NCBI GenBank assembly: GCA_012960975.1
Contig: DUAE01000059.1
Location: 69,760 to 133,759, forward strand
DNA from: Candidatus Poseidoniales archaeon
GTDB lineage: Archaea > Thermoplasmatota > Poseidoniia > Poseidoniales > Thalassarchaeaceae
Direction of reading: 5' to 3'
Length of the DNA: 64,000 bases
Shown here in pieces: positions 55,432 to 64,000 of this stretch (position 1 is its first letter; every line of letters begins with the position of its first letter). The notes below the pieces were generated by a model, which did not search any database, was not told the origin of the DNA, and worked only from the letters and a program-made list of their open reading frames with translations. Made by a program: the position numbers and the translations under genes.

Positions 55432-55473
55432 CTTACAACCCTTCGAAATATCTAACCCGCATGAACCCGTCGT

Positions 55474-57516
55474 TCATTCTTTCTCTATGGCGGGCTTAGG
55501 TAAACGCTTGAAGAAGCTACGAGTATGGCGTTTTGTCCGGTTTTTATCTGGTGATTCCATCAAAACCATATCATTCGGTAGGCAATTTCTATATTGCCGT
55601 TGAAACAACCTTTTCTCAAGTAAAACCACAATGGCCCTATCCTCGGCTTTGCGTATTGGTCGACCCAATGCCTGCATCAGGCTATTTACTGCCGGTTGGA
55701 AACTTGTGTAGCGCCAAGCGCGGTTACTATCGTAGCGCTTAGTGTAGTAATCCTTCAGTGCGTCTTGGCGAGCGCTTGGCGGTGGAAGCGGTAAGCCAAT
55801 GCAGATTACCGCATCGAGAATATTATTCGGATAATCAACTCCTTCAGCGAGTTTGCCACTGAGTACACCGGCGAGGAGGATTCGAGATCCCGCTCGTCGA
55901 CGGATTTCCAATTTATCGATAACACCATTCACTCGTCGTTTCGACATTCGTTGTGTTTCTTCGATGACCTGAATGCCGAATCCGGGTAACCAACTCCAAT
56001 CTTCCCCGGCGATTTCGCGAAGCATAGCATAACTTGGAGCGAATAGAGCTACGTGACCTGGAGTTTCAGTAACCACGGCTTCGATATGGTCTCTGATTCG
56101 ATTTGTATTTACCAATCCGCGCTCAGTATATTTTGTGGTAACATCCTTTGCAACTAAGATTGGCCGTCGGTCTCCAAGAAATGGTGAACTATACTCTTTT
56201 GCTATGCTAGGACGATTGTTTGGAATTTGTAAAAGGTCAGCGTACATTGCAGGAGGGAAAAGAGTTCCTGACATCAAAATAGAACCTTTTGTTTCTTCAA
56301 AAATATCTGAGCTAATAACACCCGGATCAAGTAAGAAACTGCGGACCCGTCCATCTTCACCAAGAATGTCGAAGACTAGAACCAGTGCCGGGTCGTCGAG
56401 AAATTGAAGGCAAACGTTTAGCATTGAGGCTAGGCGATTTGAAGCATTTTCCTTTTCTGTTTCAGCAATCGCTTCATCATGTTCTACACGAACTCTGAAT
56501 AATTGTTGAATTAATGATTTCAGCATCTTGAAATTATTTGAGCGGTCAGCATCTATCGTTTCCATTAAAATATGATTGATTTCGTCGATAAAATCTCTCG
56601 TTGAAATTCGCAAATCATCTTTTTTTGTCAATTCTAACTCGCGTTGTTTTGCAGAATACCATTTTCGCATCTCTCGCATCAATCGCTCCATTTGGCGCTT
56701 AGCAGTTCGAATCCCATCAATATTCAAAGAGCCCTGATCCATGTCTAAATCCAATTGTTTAGCTTCTTTTTCTTTCTCGCCGAGAAATTCTTCTAGTTCC
56801 AGTTTTGAATCTCGAAAAATACTCATAGTCGCCCGTCGCTCCAGACCATTGCGAATTCGGTCGGGTAAATTATGTGCCTCGTCAATAATTAAAATTACAT
56901 TTTCTAAATTGATCCCCATTGGTGCAAGAGAGTTAGTTCTAACATTTTCAATAAAGACGTGATTGTAATCACAAACAATCAAATCACAGGATTTCACAGC
57001 TGAACGTGCCGAAGCCCAAGCGCACATTTTACGATGTCGACTCTGACTGATGAGATCATCAACATGAGTTGGATAGGTCAGTATCATCTCGCGCAATTCT
57101 TCACGTCTCTCAACGCGGGAACCTTCGATGATATCCTCTTCACAATTGCATTTACCAGTCATTCGATCAACATATTCGCACATCGATTCTCTGCCGATAA
57201 TATCGACTACTTTGACGTGAGAAATACCTTCTGATAATTGTGAATTAATTAAGCGAATCGTATCAACAACGATTTGATGCTGAGATTGCCGACCGGTCAA
57301 AAACATAATTTGGGTTTGCTCAGGTGAATTTCTTGAAATCTCAAGCACTGAAGCGAGTGCTGCCGCTGTTTTCCCAATTCCTGTTGGAGCAGCCGCAAGT
57401 AAAAATCCGCCTTCAGACAGTACTTGGATGCCATCAAGAATCATCTCTTTTTGCGTATCACGGAGGTGTTCGTGAGCAACGAATCCTCCTGTGTGCTCAC
57501 TGACTCGCCCTTTCAT
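55474..57516 (-). CDS. xpd: XPD/Rad3-family (DinG-like) Fe-S DNA helicase
   Basis: Walker A is AAPTGIGKTAAALA and the DEAH box is IIDEAHNL. Cys residues for the FeS-domain insertion are present (MCEY...CNC...MCAW...C..VCDYNH). The C-terminal motifs are SGTLFP and GRPIR. Length is 680 aa. Confidence 0.85.
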   Translation of the reverse strand: MKGRVSEHTGGFVAHEHLRDTQKEMILDGIQVLSEGGFLLAAAPTGIGKTAAALASVLEISRNSPEQTQIMFLTGRQSQHQIVVDTIRLINSQLSEGISHVKVVDIIGRESMCEYVDRMTGKCNCEEDIIEGSRVERREELREMILTYPTHVDDLISQSRHRKMCAWASARSAVKSCDLIVCDYNHVFIENVRTNSLAPMGINLENVILIIDEAHNLPDRIRNGLERRATMSIFRDSKLELEEFLGEKEKEAKQLDLDMDQGSLNIDGIRTAKRQMERLMREMRKWYSAKQRELELTKKDDLRISTRDFIDEINHILMETIDADRSNNFKMLKSLIQQLFRVRVEHDEAIAETEKENASNRLASMLNVCLQFLDDPALVLVFDILGEDGRVRSFLLDPGVISSDIFEETKGSILMSGTLFPPAMYADLLQIPNNRPSIAKEYSSPFLGDRRPILVAKDVTTKYTERGLVNTNRIRDHIEAVVTETPGHVALFAPSYAMLREIAGEDWSWLPGFGIQVIEETQRMSKRRVNGVIDKLEIRRRAGSRILLAGVLSGKLAEGVDYPNNILDAVICIGLPLPPPSARQDALKDYYTKRYDSNRAWRYTSFQPAVNSLMQALGRPIRKAEDRAIVVLLEKRLFQRQYRNCLPNDMVLMESPDKNRTKRHTRSFFKRLPKPAIEKE

Positions 57517-57555
57517 AGATGTATACCTCGAATAGAACGACCAAGAAGATTGGCC

Positions 57556-60468
57556 TCAACGAAGCACGATAGCTTCCGAATCTCGACTGTCTAAAATAAC
57601 CTTCAATGGCTTTTCGATTTGTATATGTCGAAGTGGTCCGAATTTAGTTTCAGGTTCGAAAGAATCTAGCCAATCCCAATCAACTAAATCATCATGCCCA
57701 ATCGTTAGATAACCAATATTGAAACTGACAATATTTTGGAAAAAATGAGTTCCTTGACTCGGCTCGACATGAATATCCGACATCGGCACCTCAACAATTG
57801 CTTTAGCTCCCATTATCTGATTCCACTCAACTGGGATTCCTAATGATGGATCTGATGAACCCCATCGGCCAGGTCCGATAAGCAGATAGGGACGTTTCTG
57901 TTTACGTAAAATTGCATCGATAGCTTCAATTTCATCAACTAAATTCGTTGTTCTCATCCTATCGAGTTTACTTGGATTGACGTATACAACATCGCGAATA
58001 TCATCGATTACCCCATTACCCAATGATTTGCTGCTGATTACTACTGCTGAATTTCGGTCGACTTCAGAAAGGTCGATATCGATGTCGACAGAATCATCCA
58101 TCATCGTTCTCACCTGTAAAAGAGCGAATTTTCGTTTATTGGATTTTTCATCAATATTTACAGCAAATTCGATTTCAACCGGCGAGCCTAAATAACTCTC
58201 ACAGGTTGAAAGAACATGGTGAAGAATCTCTGAGAGGGGGAATCTACCATGTTTGAGAATAGGTGCAAAAGTTACGAGGCGAGGGCCCCCAGTTACCATT
58301 ATCGAGTCGACAATTCTGTCATCCGAGACCACGTAAGTTGATCCGACTAAGGATAGAACACCGTCGAGTTCTGCTATTTCAAGGCCATATTGTTCAAGGT
58401 TTTTCTCTTCATTCGAATAAACTTCACCATCTTCTTCGATCATTGGTATCGCGTAGAAATTCCTTTGTGAACTCTCCAAAATAGCTTCAGTGCTATGAAA
58501 TTGATGAATACGCTTCGGCTGACCGGGGCTATATCGCAGACATTTACCCCCCATCGCGACTTGCCTGCCGAGGCCGATACAAATCGCAGCCATTCCATCT
58601 TCGGATTCTAGTGGTGCTACTGGGTAGTGATTGTGGCTGCGAGCGGCACCCGAAATATGTGGATAAAATCTACCATTGACTTCATTTCCAACCAATTCTT
58701 GAACGACCACTGCCATCTGTTCGTCTTCTATTGAATTTGGTGTGGCGCTGACATAGGCTTTTGCACCGCGGTGATAGGTCGAAGCGTAAACTAATTTTAT
58801 CGCTTCAAGCAATCGCCGTAATCTTACTGAAAGATCTGGGTGGTCATTAGCCAACATATGGGTCGCATATACTCCGGCGAATGGTTGGTGACTCGCATCT
58901 TCGAGAAGGGAAGATGATCTGACAGCAAGCGGCCAGGATGTGTACTCCAGCATAACTGACAAATCTTCGATTAAATCCTCAGAAAATGAACTCGCTTTGA
59001 ATGCAGCATCAACATCATCATCGCTTTCATTTTCATGAATGAATTTGTCCAAATTATTTTTCATAATGAATTCATTGAATACTTCAGTTCCAATCACTAC
59101 CGATTTTGGAACGATGAAATCGACATCAGGAAAAGCAGAATCTAAACCTATATCTGGCATTTTTGTGAAGAAAAATGCTAAACCTCGTCCTTTTCCTCCT
59201 AAACTACCCTTGCCGATTCGGAGGAAATCAGAGTTGTTCCCGGTTTTTTCGTGATCCTGAATCGTCCGTGTGTGAACCAAATTCAAGTGTAATTCGACTA
59301 GATCGGCAATATGTTGTCGAGCCTCTTCTAGTGTGTCAAAATCATCTAGTGTCAAGGGTCGCATTTGAGCGGCTAAGGTAAATTCTGTTCTCGTCCTTAA
59401 CCAGTGAGAAAAATGGTTTCGGTTAGCATGATATGTGACTGATTCGATTGGTGCTTCACGTAGACATTCGATAAATTCGGCCAACGTCGAAGCGCGAGCA
59501 ACTTCTTCGCCTTCGATTGAGCGAAATATAAAATCGCCAAATCCCATTTTTTCGACCATAAATTCTGCAATTCTTTTGTACAGTGCTGTATCTTCTTTGT
59601 GGAGAAACCGAACGCCGAGCGATTCAGCATCTTCTTTTAATTCAAGATTTTTTGATTGAAATAAAATTGGAGTATTGCTGTGCCTAGATTGAATGAATTT
59701 GACTAATTCTAGGCCAGCAGAGTCTCGGTTACCACCTAGATTTGGGAATTTCCCATCAGTGAAAACACCAATGATATTGTTGTGATAACGATCTATAATT
59801 GAGCGAGCGGATTGCATATCCGTTGCGAGTAGAATTTTCGCACGAGCCCGAAGCCGCAGGAGTTTTTCGTCAAGGTTCCCTCCTTCGCCCATTAGGCGAG
59901 TGGTTTGTTTTACGAGTTGAGTGTAGAGTAGTGGCAAATATGCCGAATAGAAACGCCGACTATCTTCCACCAACAATATCACTTGCACATCAGCATCGCT
60001 CACATCATATGCAACATTTTTTTCATCTTCTATCAGTTTGCAAATAGACAATAGTATTCTGCTATCTCCAGTCCAAACAAAGATCCGGTCGATTCCGTCA
60101 CCAGCATGAAGTGTGGCCAATTCACGGGTGTTATGACTTAGTAATATTACCGGCAGGTCGGTGATAATTGACTTTACTTCACGGCCAAAGGCATTGACAT
60201 CCATCGAACCAACTCGGGCCATGGTAATGACGAGGTCGAATTGCCTTTCGCGAATAAGTTGGAGTGCATCTCTGGCTTCCCGGCTGTGTATGATTCGCGG
60301 AGATTGTGAAAGGTTCAATTCGGCATATTCTTGCCTCATAATCTCCGCGAGGTAGCCCGATTCTTCGAGTAGATAATAATCGAAAGGACTGGCGACGAGA
60401 AGCACATCTCGAATTCGAAAAGGTGTCAGTCTTTCGAAGCGAGACCAATCGGACATGTCTTTCACCAT
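57556..60468 (-). CDS. Receiver-like domain(s) + PEP/pyruvate-binding (PPDK N-terminal ATP-grasp) domain protein, function unknown
   Basis: The N-terminal CheY-like segment is IRDVLLVASPFDYYLLEESGYLAEIM...FDLVITMARVGSMDV, and a second is VILLVEDSRRFYSAYLP. The central ATP-grasp motif is GKGSLGGKGRGLAFF...AVRSSSLLEDAS...FAGVY. The conserved C-terminus is PYLLIGPGRWGSSDPSLGIPV. I see no phosphohistidine swivel (TGGxTSH) and no PEP-utilising TIM barrel. Confidence 0.7.
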   Translation of the reverse strand: MVKDMSDWSRFERLTPFRIRDVLLVASPFDYYLLEESGYLAEIMRQEYAELNLSQSPRIIHSREARDALQLIRERQFDLVITMARVGSMDVNAFGREVKSIITDLPVILLSHNTRELATLHAGDGIDRIFVWTGDSRILLSICKLIEDEKNVAYDVSDADVQVILLVEDSRRFYSAYLPLLYTQLVKQTTRLMGEGGNLDEKLLRLRARAKILLATDMQSARSIIDRYHNNIIGVFTDGKFPNLGGNRDSAGLELVKFIQSRHSNTPILFQSKNLELKEDAESLGVRFLHKEDTALYKRIAEFMVEKMGFGDFIFRSIEGEEVARASTLAEFIECLREAPIESVTYHANRNHFSHWLRTRTEFTLAAQMRPLTLDDFDTLEEARQHIADLVELHLNLVHTRTIQDHEKTGNNSDFLRIGKGSLGGKGRGLAFFFTKMPDIGLDSAFPDVDFIVPKSVVIGTEVFNEFIMKNNLDKFIHENESDDDVDAAFKASSFSEDLIEDLSVMLEYTSWPLAVRSSSLLEDASHQPFAGVYATHMLANDHPDLSVRLRRLLEAIKLVYASTYHRGAKAYVSATPNSIEDEQMAVVVQELVGNEVNGRFYPHISGAARSHNHYPVAPLESEDGMAAICIGLGRQVAMGGKCLRYSPGQPKRIHQFHSTEAILESSQRNFYAIPMIEEDGEVYSNEEKNLEQYGLEIAELDGVLSLVGSTYVVSDDRIVDSIMVTGGPRLVTFAPILKHGRFPLSEILHHVLSTCESYLGSPVEIEFAVNIDEKSNKRKFALLQVRTMMDDSVDIDIDLSEVDRNSAVVISSKSLGNGVIDDIRDVVYVNPSKLDRMRTTNLVDEIEAIDAILRKQKRPYLLIGPGRWGSSDPSLGIPVEWNQIMGAKAIVEVPMSDIHVEPSQGTHFFQNIVSFNIGYLTIGHDDLVDWDWLDSFEPETKFGPLRHIQIEKPLKVILDSRDSEAIVLR

Positions 60469-60521
60469 GGTGTCCGATTCGGGTCATTAGCCATGAAAGT
60501 TCAGACAGCGGCATTAGGGGG

Positions 60522-60546
60522 TGTCCCGCGCGAAACACGCGGGACA
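60522..60546. promoter_or_regulatory. Perfect 9-bp GC-rich hairpin (TGTCCCGCG-cgaaaca-CGCGGGACA) upstream of the 970-aa gene
   Basis: The structure is read directly from the sequence. It is followed on the plus strand by (GT)5 at 60547-60556 and the palindrome TTTGAAaTTCAAA at 60556-60568. It lies 55-80 nt upstream of the ATG at 60468 on the minus strand. Confidence 0.5.
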
Positions 60547-60721
60547 GTGTGTGTGTTTGAAATTCAAAGTAATTTTTCTCGGCCAGTTTCACGCGTTTTT
60601 CCACGGTTTCCTTGAGGTGTGTCTTTCGCATCATAACCAATTGCATTGGTCAGTTTTGCCCGGCCACGAAGTCCGGAAAAACCAATCAAAATTCTGGCAC
60701 GGCTAGAGTGATTGTGGGTGA

Positions 60722-60752
60722 GGGGGCGTTGTTGACGCCCCCCCACGTTTTT
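60722..60752 (+). terminator. GC hairpin (GGGGGCG-ttgttga-CGCCCCC) followed by T5 on the plus strand; terminator-like
   Basis: The 7-bp all-G/C stem can be extended by GTGG/CCAC. It is followed by CG and then TTTTT at 60748-60752. The T-run is present only in the plus-strand reading, yet no plus-strand CDS precedes it. Confidence 0.4.
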
Positions 60753-60777
60753 GTGCATCCCATCCTCGCTCAATCTC

Positions 60778-61152
60778 TCACCTCTGAGCGTTCGAATTAT
60801 CATTGTCAAATCGCGCCTGGAGTTCATCCATGCGTTTTCGGAGCAAACGGTTGACAGTTTCACCATCAATCGCTTCACGTTGAATATAATCTCGAGCAGC
60901 ATAGCGTAATACAACATCAGGTGTTTCTGCTCGAATCTTACAAAAATCATGCATCAAAACGGTCAAATCAGGGCCTAAATTTACCTCGACCCGATCTCCC
61001 ATTGAAGGCAATGGTTCGTTGAGGAATTGACGTACTGCGGAGCGAATCACATCGGATCGATTCCGCATGCCGTCTAATCCGACGCGCTGATCTAATGCCA
61101 AGAGGTGGTCTTCTGGAATTCGTAGCGAGACCATTGGACTTGGACCACTCAT
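60778..61152 (-). CDS. Ribbon-helix-helix (CopG/MetJ-Arc family) DNA-binding protein, apparently tandem RHH
   Basis: The N-terminal MVSLRIPEDHLLALDQRV....RNRSDVIRSAVRQFL is a canonical RHH. A second RHH-like segment is VLMHDFCKIRAETPDVVLRYAARDYI. Confidence 0.7.
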   Translation of the reverse strand: MSGPSPMVSLRIPEDHLLALDQRVGLDGMRNRSDVIRSAVRQFLNEPLPSMGDRVEVNLGPDLTVLMHDFCKIRAETPDVVLRYAARDYIQREAIDGETVNRLLRKRMDELQARFDNDNSNAQR

Positions 61153-61198
61153 GATGCTTCCTCAGGCTCAGCAGATAGCGGTCAGCATATGAATGTAT

Positions 61199-61231
61199 TG
61201 CAAATGAAATGCAATTGAAATACAAATTACC
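61199..61231. repeat. Three tandem 11-nt units (TGCAAATGAAA / TGCAATTGAAA / TACAAATTACC) in the RHH-HD divergent promoter; candidate RHH operator
   Basis: The repeats are read directly from the sequence. The first two units match at 10 of 11 positions. An inverted partial copy (TTTGCATTT, 61267-61275) lies 36 nt away. The array sits 47-79 nt upstream of the RHH start codon. Confidence 0.55.
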
Positions 61232-61301
61232 TTATTTGAGTTGCTAAATTCGACAAAATACCTATGTTTGCATTTATCTGTATTTTTTTAAATTTCAACA
61301 T

Positions 61302-61355
61302 GAGTCCGACTTTTTTTCGATAGAGCGATTCAAGACGGTTGAGCAAGTCGGACTC
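61302..61355. promoter_or_regulatory. Perfect 11-bp inverted repeat GAGTCCGACTT...(32 nt)...AAGTCGGACTC just upstream of the HD gene start
   Basis: The repeat is read directly from the sequence. The left arm begins about 7 nt after a T7AAATTT TATA-like block (61283-61295). The right arm ends 15 nt before the ATG at 61370. Confidence 0.5.
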
Positions 61356-61369
61356 GCACGGGTATTGGG

Positions 61370-62686
61370 ATGAAGGTCATCAACGACGCAATTCATGGCC
61401 AGTTTAGACTGAACGGTGTCCGCGAAGAATTGCTTAATACACCTGAAATGAACAAACTCAGCCACATCAAACAACTCGGCTTGGCGCACCTAGTTTTCCC
61501 AGGTGCGCATCACACTCGCTTTGAACATTCATTGGGCGTTTCTCATCTCGGTGGATTGATGTCTGATTCTATCGGTTTGAGTGATTACGAGAAAACTACC
61601 GTTCAAGTTGCTGGAATGCTACATGATGTCGGCCATGGGCCGTATTCTCACACGCTCGAGCATATTCTGCACGAGCGTGGTGGAATGGATCACATGTCGA
61701 TTACAGAGGGTATTATTCTTGGCGATTATGATGTTTTGCGCGATGGCGAAGAAAGTTCAATCATCAACCGACGTAGAATACCTGATATTTTGGAGTCCCA
61801 TGGGCTGGATCCGGAAGAAGTAGCGGGATTGATTCGTGGTCCGGGTGCTGGTGGAACTGAGCGCTCACTCTTACAATGGACTGAAGGAAAGCAAGATTTC
61901 GTTGACCAAGATTACACACTCGCTCATTTAGTACATGGACCGGTCGATTGTGATCAACTTGATTACTTACTACGTGATTCGCATTTTACTGGTGTAAAGC
62001 ATGGTGTTGTCGATCATTTACGCCTTATTGAATGTCTTGAACGCCACAGCGGTGATGTGGCGGTCGAAGAACGGGGACTTCCAGCTCTTGAAGGAATGTT
62101 GGTTGCCCGGGGACTGATGTATTCTGCAGTTTATTTCCATCGAGTAACTCGTGTGACCGAAGTGATGCTTTCTCGTGCTGTCGAGCGCAGTGAGGATAAT
62201 CTTCCCGATGCAGTCGATCTTCAGCGTCGAGTCGACGCTGAGATATGGGGTGCATTATACAATGCTGGTGATTATGCAAAGGATATGATGCGCCGATTAA
62301 AATATCGTCAAATGTTCAAAGTCGCTGCCAGTAGACGGCGCTCGGATTTATCTGAAAATGTAATCAAGCGACTTGTCGAACTCGCTACTAATGCTGCCAA
62401 ACGCCGTGAATTTGAAGACGAAATTGCAATTCGAGCAGGTTTGCCAGAAGGATATGTTGCTGTCGATGTTCCATCTGAGAAATTATTGTTATCCGAGCCG
62501 AGGATGTCTGCTGTTGATATTCGAATAATCGGCAATGATGGCAAGACGCGTTGGTTCAGAGAACACACACCATTAGCTGAAGCATTGCGTACACGTCAAG
62601 TTTCTCAAGATGTTGCTTATGTTATGACTTTGCCGAGCCATACTGATGTCGTTGCACGGCTCGCTGAAGAACATCTATTCAATTGA
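61370..62686 (+). CDS. HD-domain phosphohydrolase (SAMHD1 / dGTPase-like dNTP triphosphohydrolase family)
   Basis: VINDAIHG...LNTPEMNKLSHIKQLG....HTRFEHSLGVSHL...MLHDVGHGPYSH...DCDQLDYLLRDSHFTGV is the hallmark motif series of SAMHD1-type HD proteins. Length is 438 aa. Confidence 0.8.
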   Translation: MKVINDAIHGQFRLNGVREELLNTPEMNKLSHIKQLGLAHLVFPGAHHTRFEHSLGVSHLGGLMSDSIGLSDYEKTTVQVAGMLHDVGHGPYSHTLEHILHERGGMDHMSITEGIILGDYDVLRDGEESSIINRRRIPDILESHGLDPEEVAGLIRGPGAGGTERSLLQWTEGKQDFVDQDYTLAHLVHGPVDCDQLDYLLRDSHFTGVKHGVVDHLRLIECLERHSGDVAVEERGLPALEGMLVARGLMYSAVYFHRVTRVTEVMLSRAVERSEDNLPDAVDLQRRVDAEIWGALYNAGDYAKDMMRRLKYRQMFKVAASRRRSDLSENVIKRLVELATNAAKRREFEDEIAIRAGLPEGYVAVDVPSEKLLLSEPRMSAVDIRIIGNDGKTRWFREHTPLAEALRTRQVSQDVAYVMTLPSHTDVVARLAEEHLFN

Positions 62687-62691
62687 TTTTT

Positions 62692-62709
62692 CAGCCCCCC
62701 TAGGGGCTG
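62692..62709 (+). terminator. Hairpin CAGCCCC-ccta-GGGGCTG immediately after the HD gene stop, preceded by T5
   Basis: The stop codon TGA (62684-62686) is followed by TTTTT (62687-62691) and then a perfect 7-bp GC-rich stem. Confidence 0.4.
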
Positions 62710-62723
62710 CTAACAATGAATAA

Positions 62724-64000
<1,277 letters not shown>

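Noticed and set aside
60469-60777. Possible identity of the structured spacer as SRP (7S) RNA or RNase P RNA. The plus strand contains GAAGUCCGGAAA, which resembles both the SRP helix-8 GGUCCGGAAGGAAGCA region and the RNase P CR-I GAAAGUCCGG.
   Set aside because: The bases flanking the GGAA/GAAA cannot form the helix-8 stem, and there is no AGCA/GGAA symmetric-loop partner. The only CGGCUA-like match to RNase P CR-V lies about 30 nt away, not about 200 nt. Total length is short for either RNA. I kept the region as an unclassified ncRNA or leader candidate.
60179-60950. Track ORFs 60179..60646 (-, 155 aa), 60564..60950 (-, 128 aa), 60521..60706 (+) and 60612..60854 (+) in and around the structured spacer.
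   Set aside because: They overlap one another and the well-supported 970-aa and RHH genes. Their translations are Arg/His/Ser-rich with no motifs. The open frames more likely come from locally elevated GC.

Overview
This is a 64-kb, gene-dense, AT-rich chromosomal segment. Gene content marks it as archaeal: aRF1 with NIKS and GGQ motifs, aIF2-beta, class I LysRS, aTrm56, archaeal-type UMP kinase, a NOG1-type GTPase, an XPD helicase and a GfcR-like PRT regulator. These sit alongside flotillin/NfeD, a thiolase, a complete lipoate-dependent 2-oxoacid dehydrogenase operon, an M28 peptidase and giant secreted glycoprotein-like genes. That mix fits a marine heterotrophic Thermoplasmatota (Poseidoniales/MGII-like) genome, but the taxonomic call is inference only. 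I can support about 50 CDS (including a 38-aa zinc-ribbon ORF and two edge-truncated genes absent from the ORF track) and one tRNA-Leu(UAA). I recognised no rRNA, CRISPR array, transposase or integrase. Several track ORFs begin at TTG/GTG upstream of better ATG starts, and I re-set those starts where gene spacing or SD-like motifs supported it.

The most noteworthy regions are:
1. 3771-11076: a seven-gene, translationally coupled operon of ArsR, TusA, DsrE, rhodanese-MBL, an FeS::NrfD fusion, a Tat-less molybdopterin oxidoreductase and TauE. I read it as a candidate cytoplasmic persulfide/sulfite oxidation-export module (SoeABC-like). Two DUF2061 paralogs lie next to it.
2. 42945-54916: a pair of surface-protein genes beside the tRNA. 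One is a roughly 2970-aa protein with about 20 TSP3-like Ca-binding loops, a transglutaminase-like core with a non-canonical triad, at least 10 Ig-like modules, very dense N-glycosylation sequons, a C-terminal TM helix and a cytoplasmic DUF4129 tail.
3. 54967-61369: a minus-strand run of an RHH regulator, a 310-nt spacer rich in GC hairpins (candidate ncRNA or structured leader), a 970-aa receiver-like/PPDK-N ATP-grasp protein, XPD and an ACD-like protein. A repeat-rich divergent promoter is shared with an HD phosphohydrolase gene.

All functional calls rest on motif recognition by eye. No database search was run.
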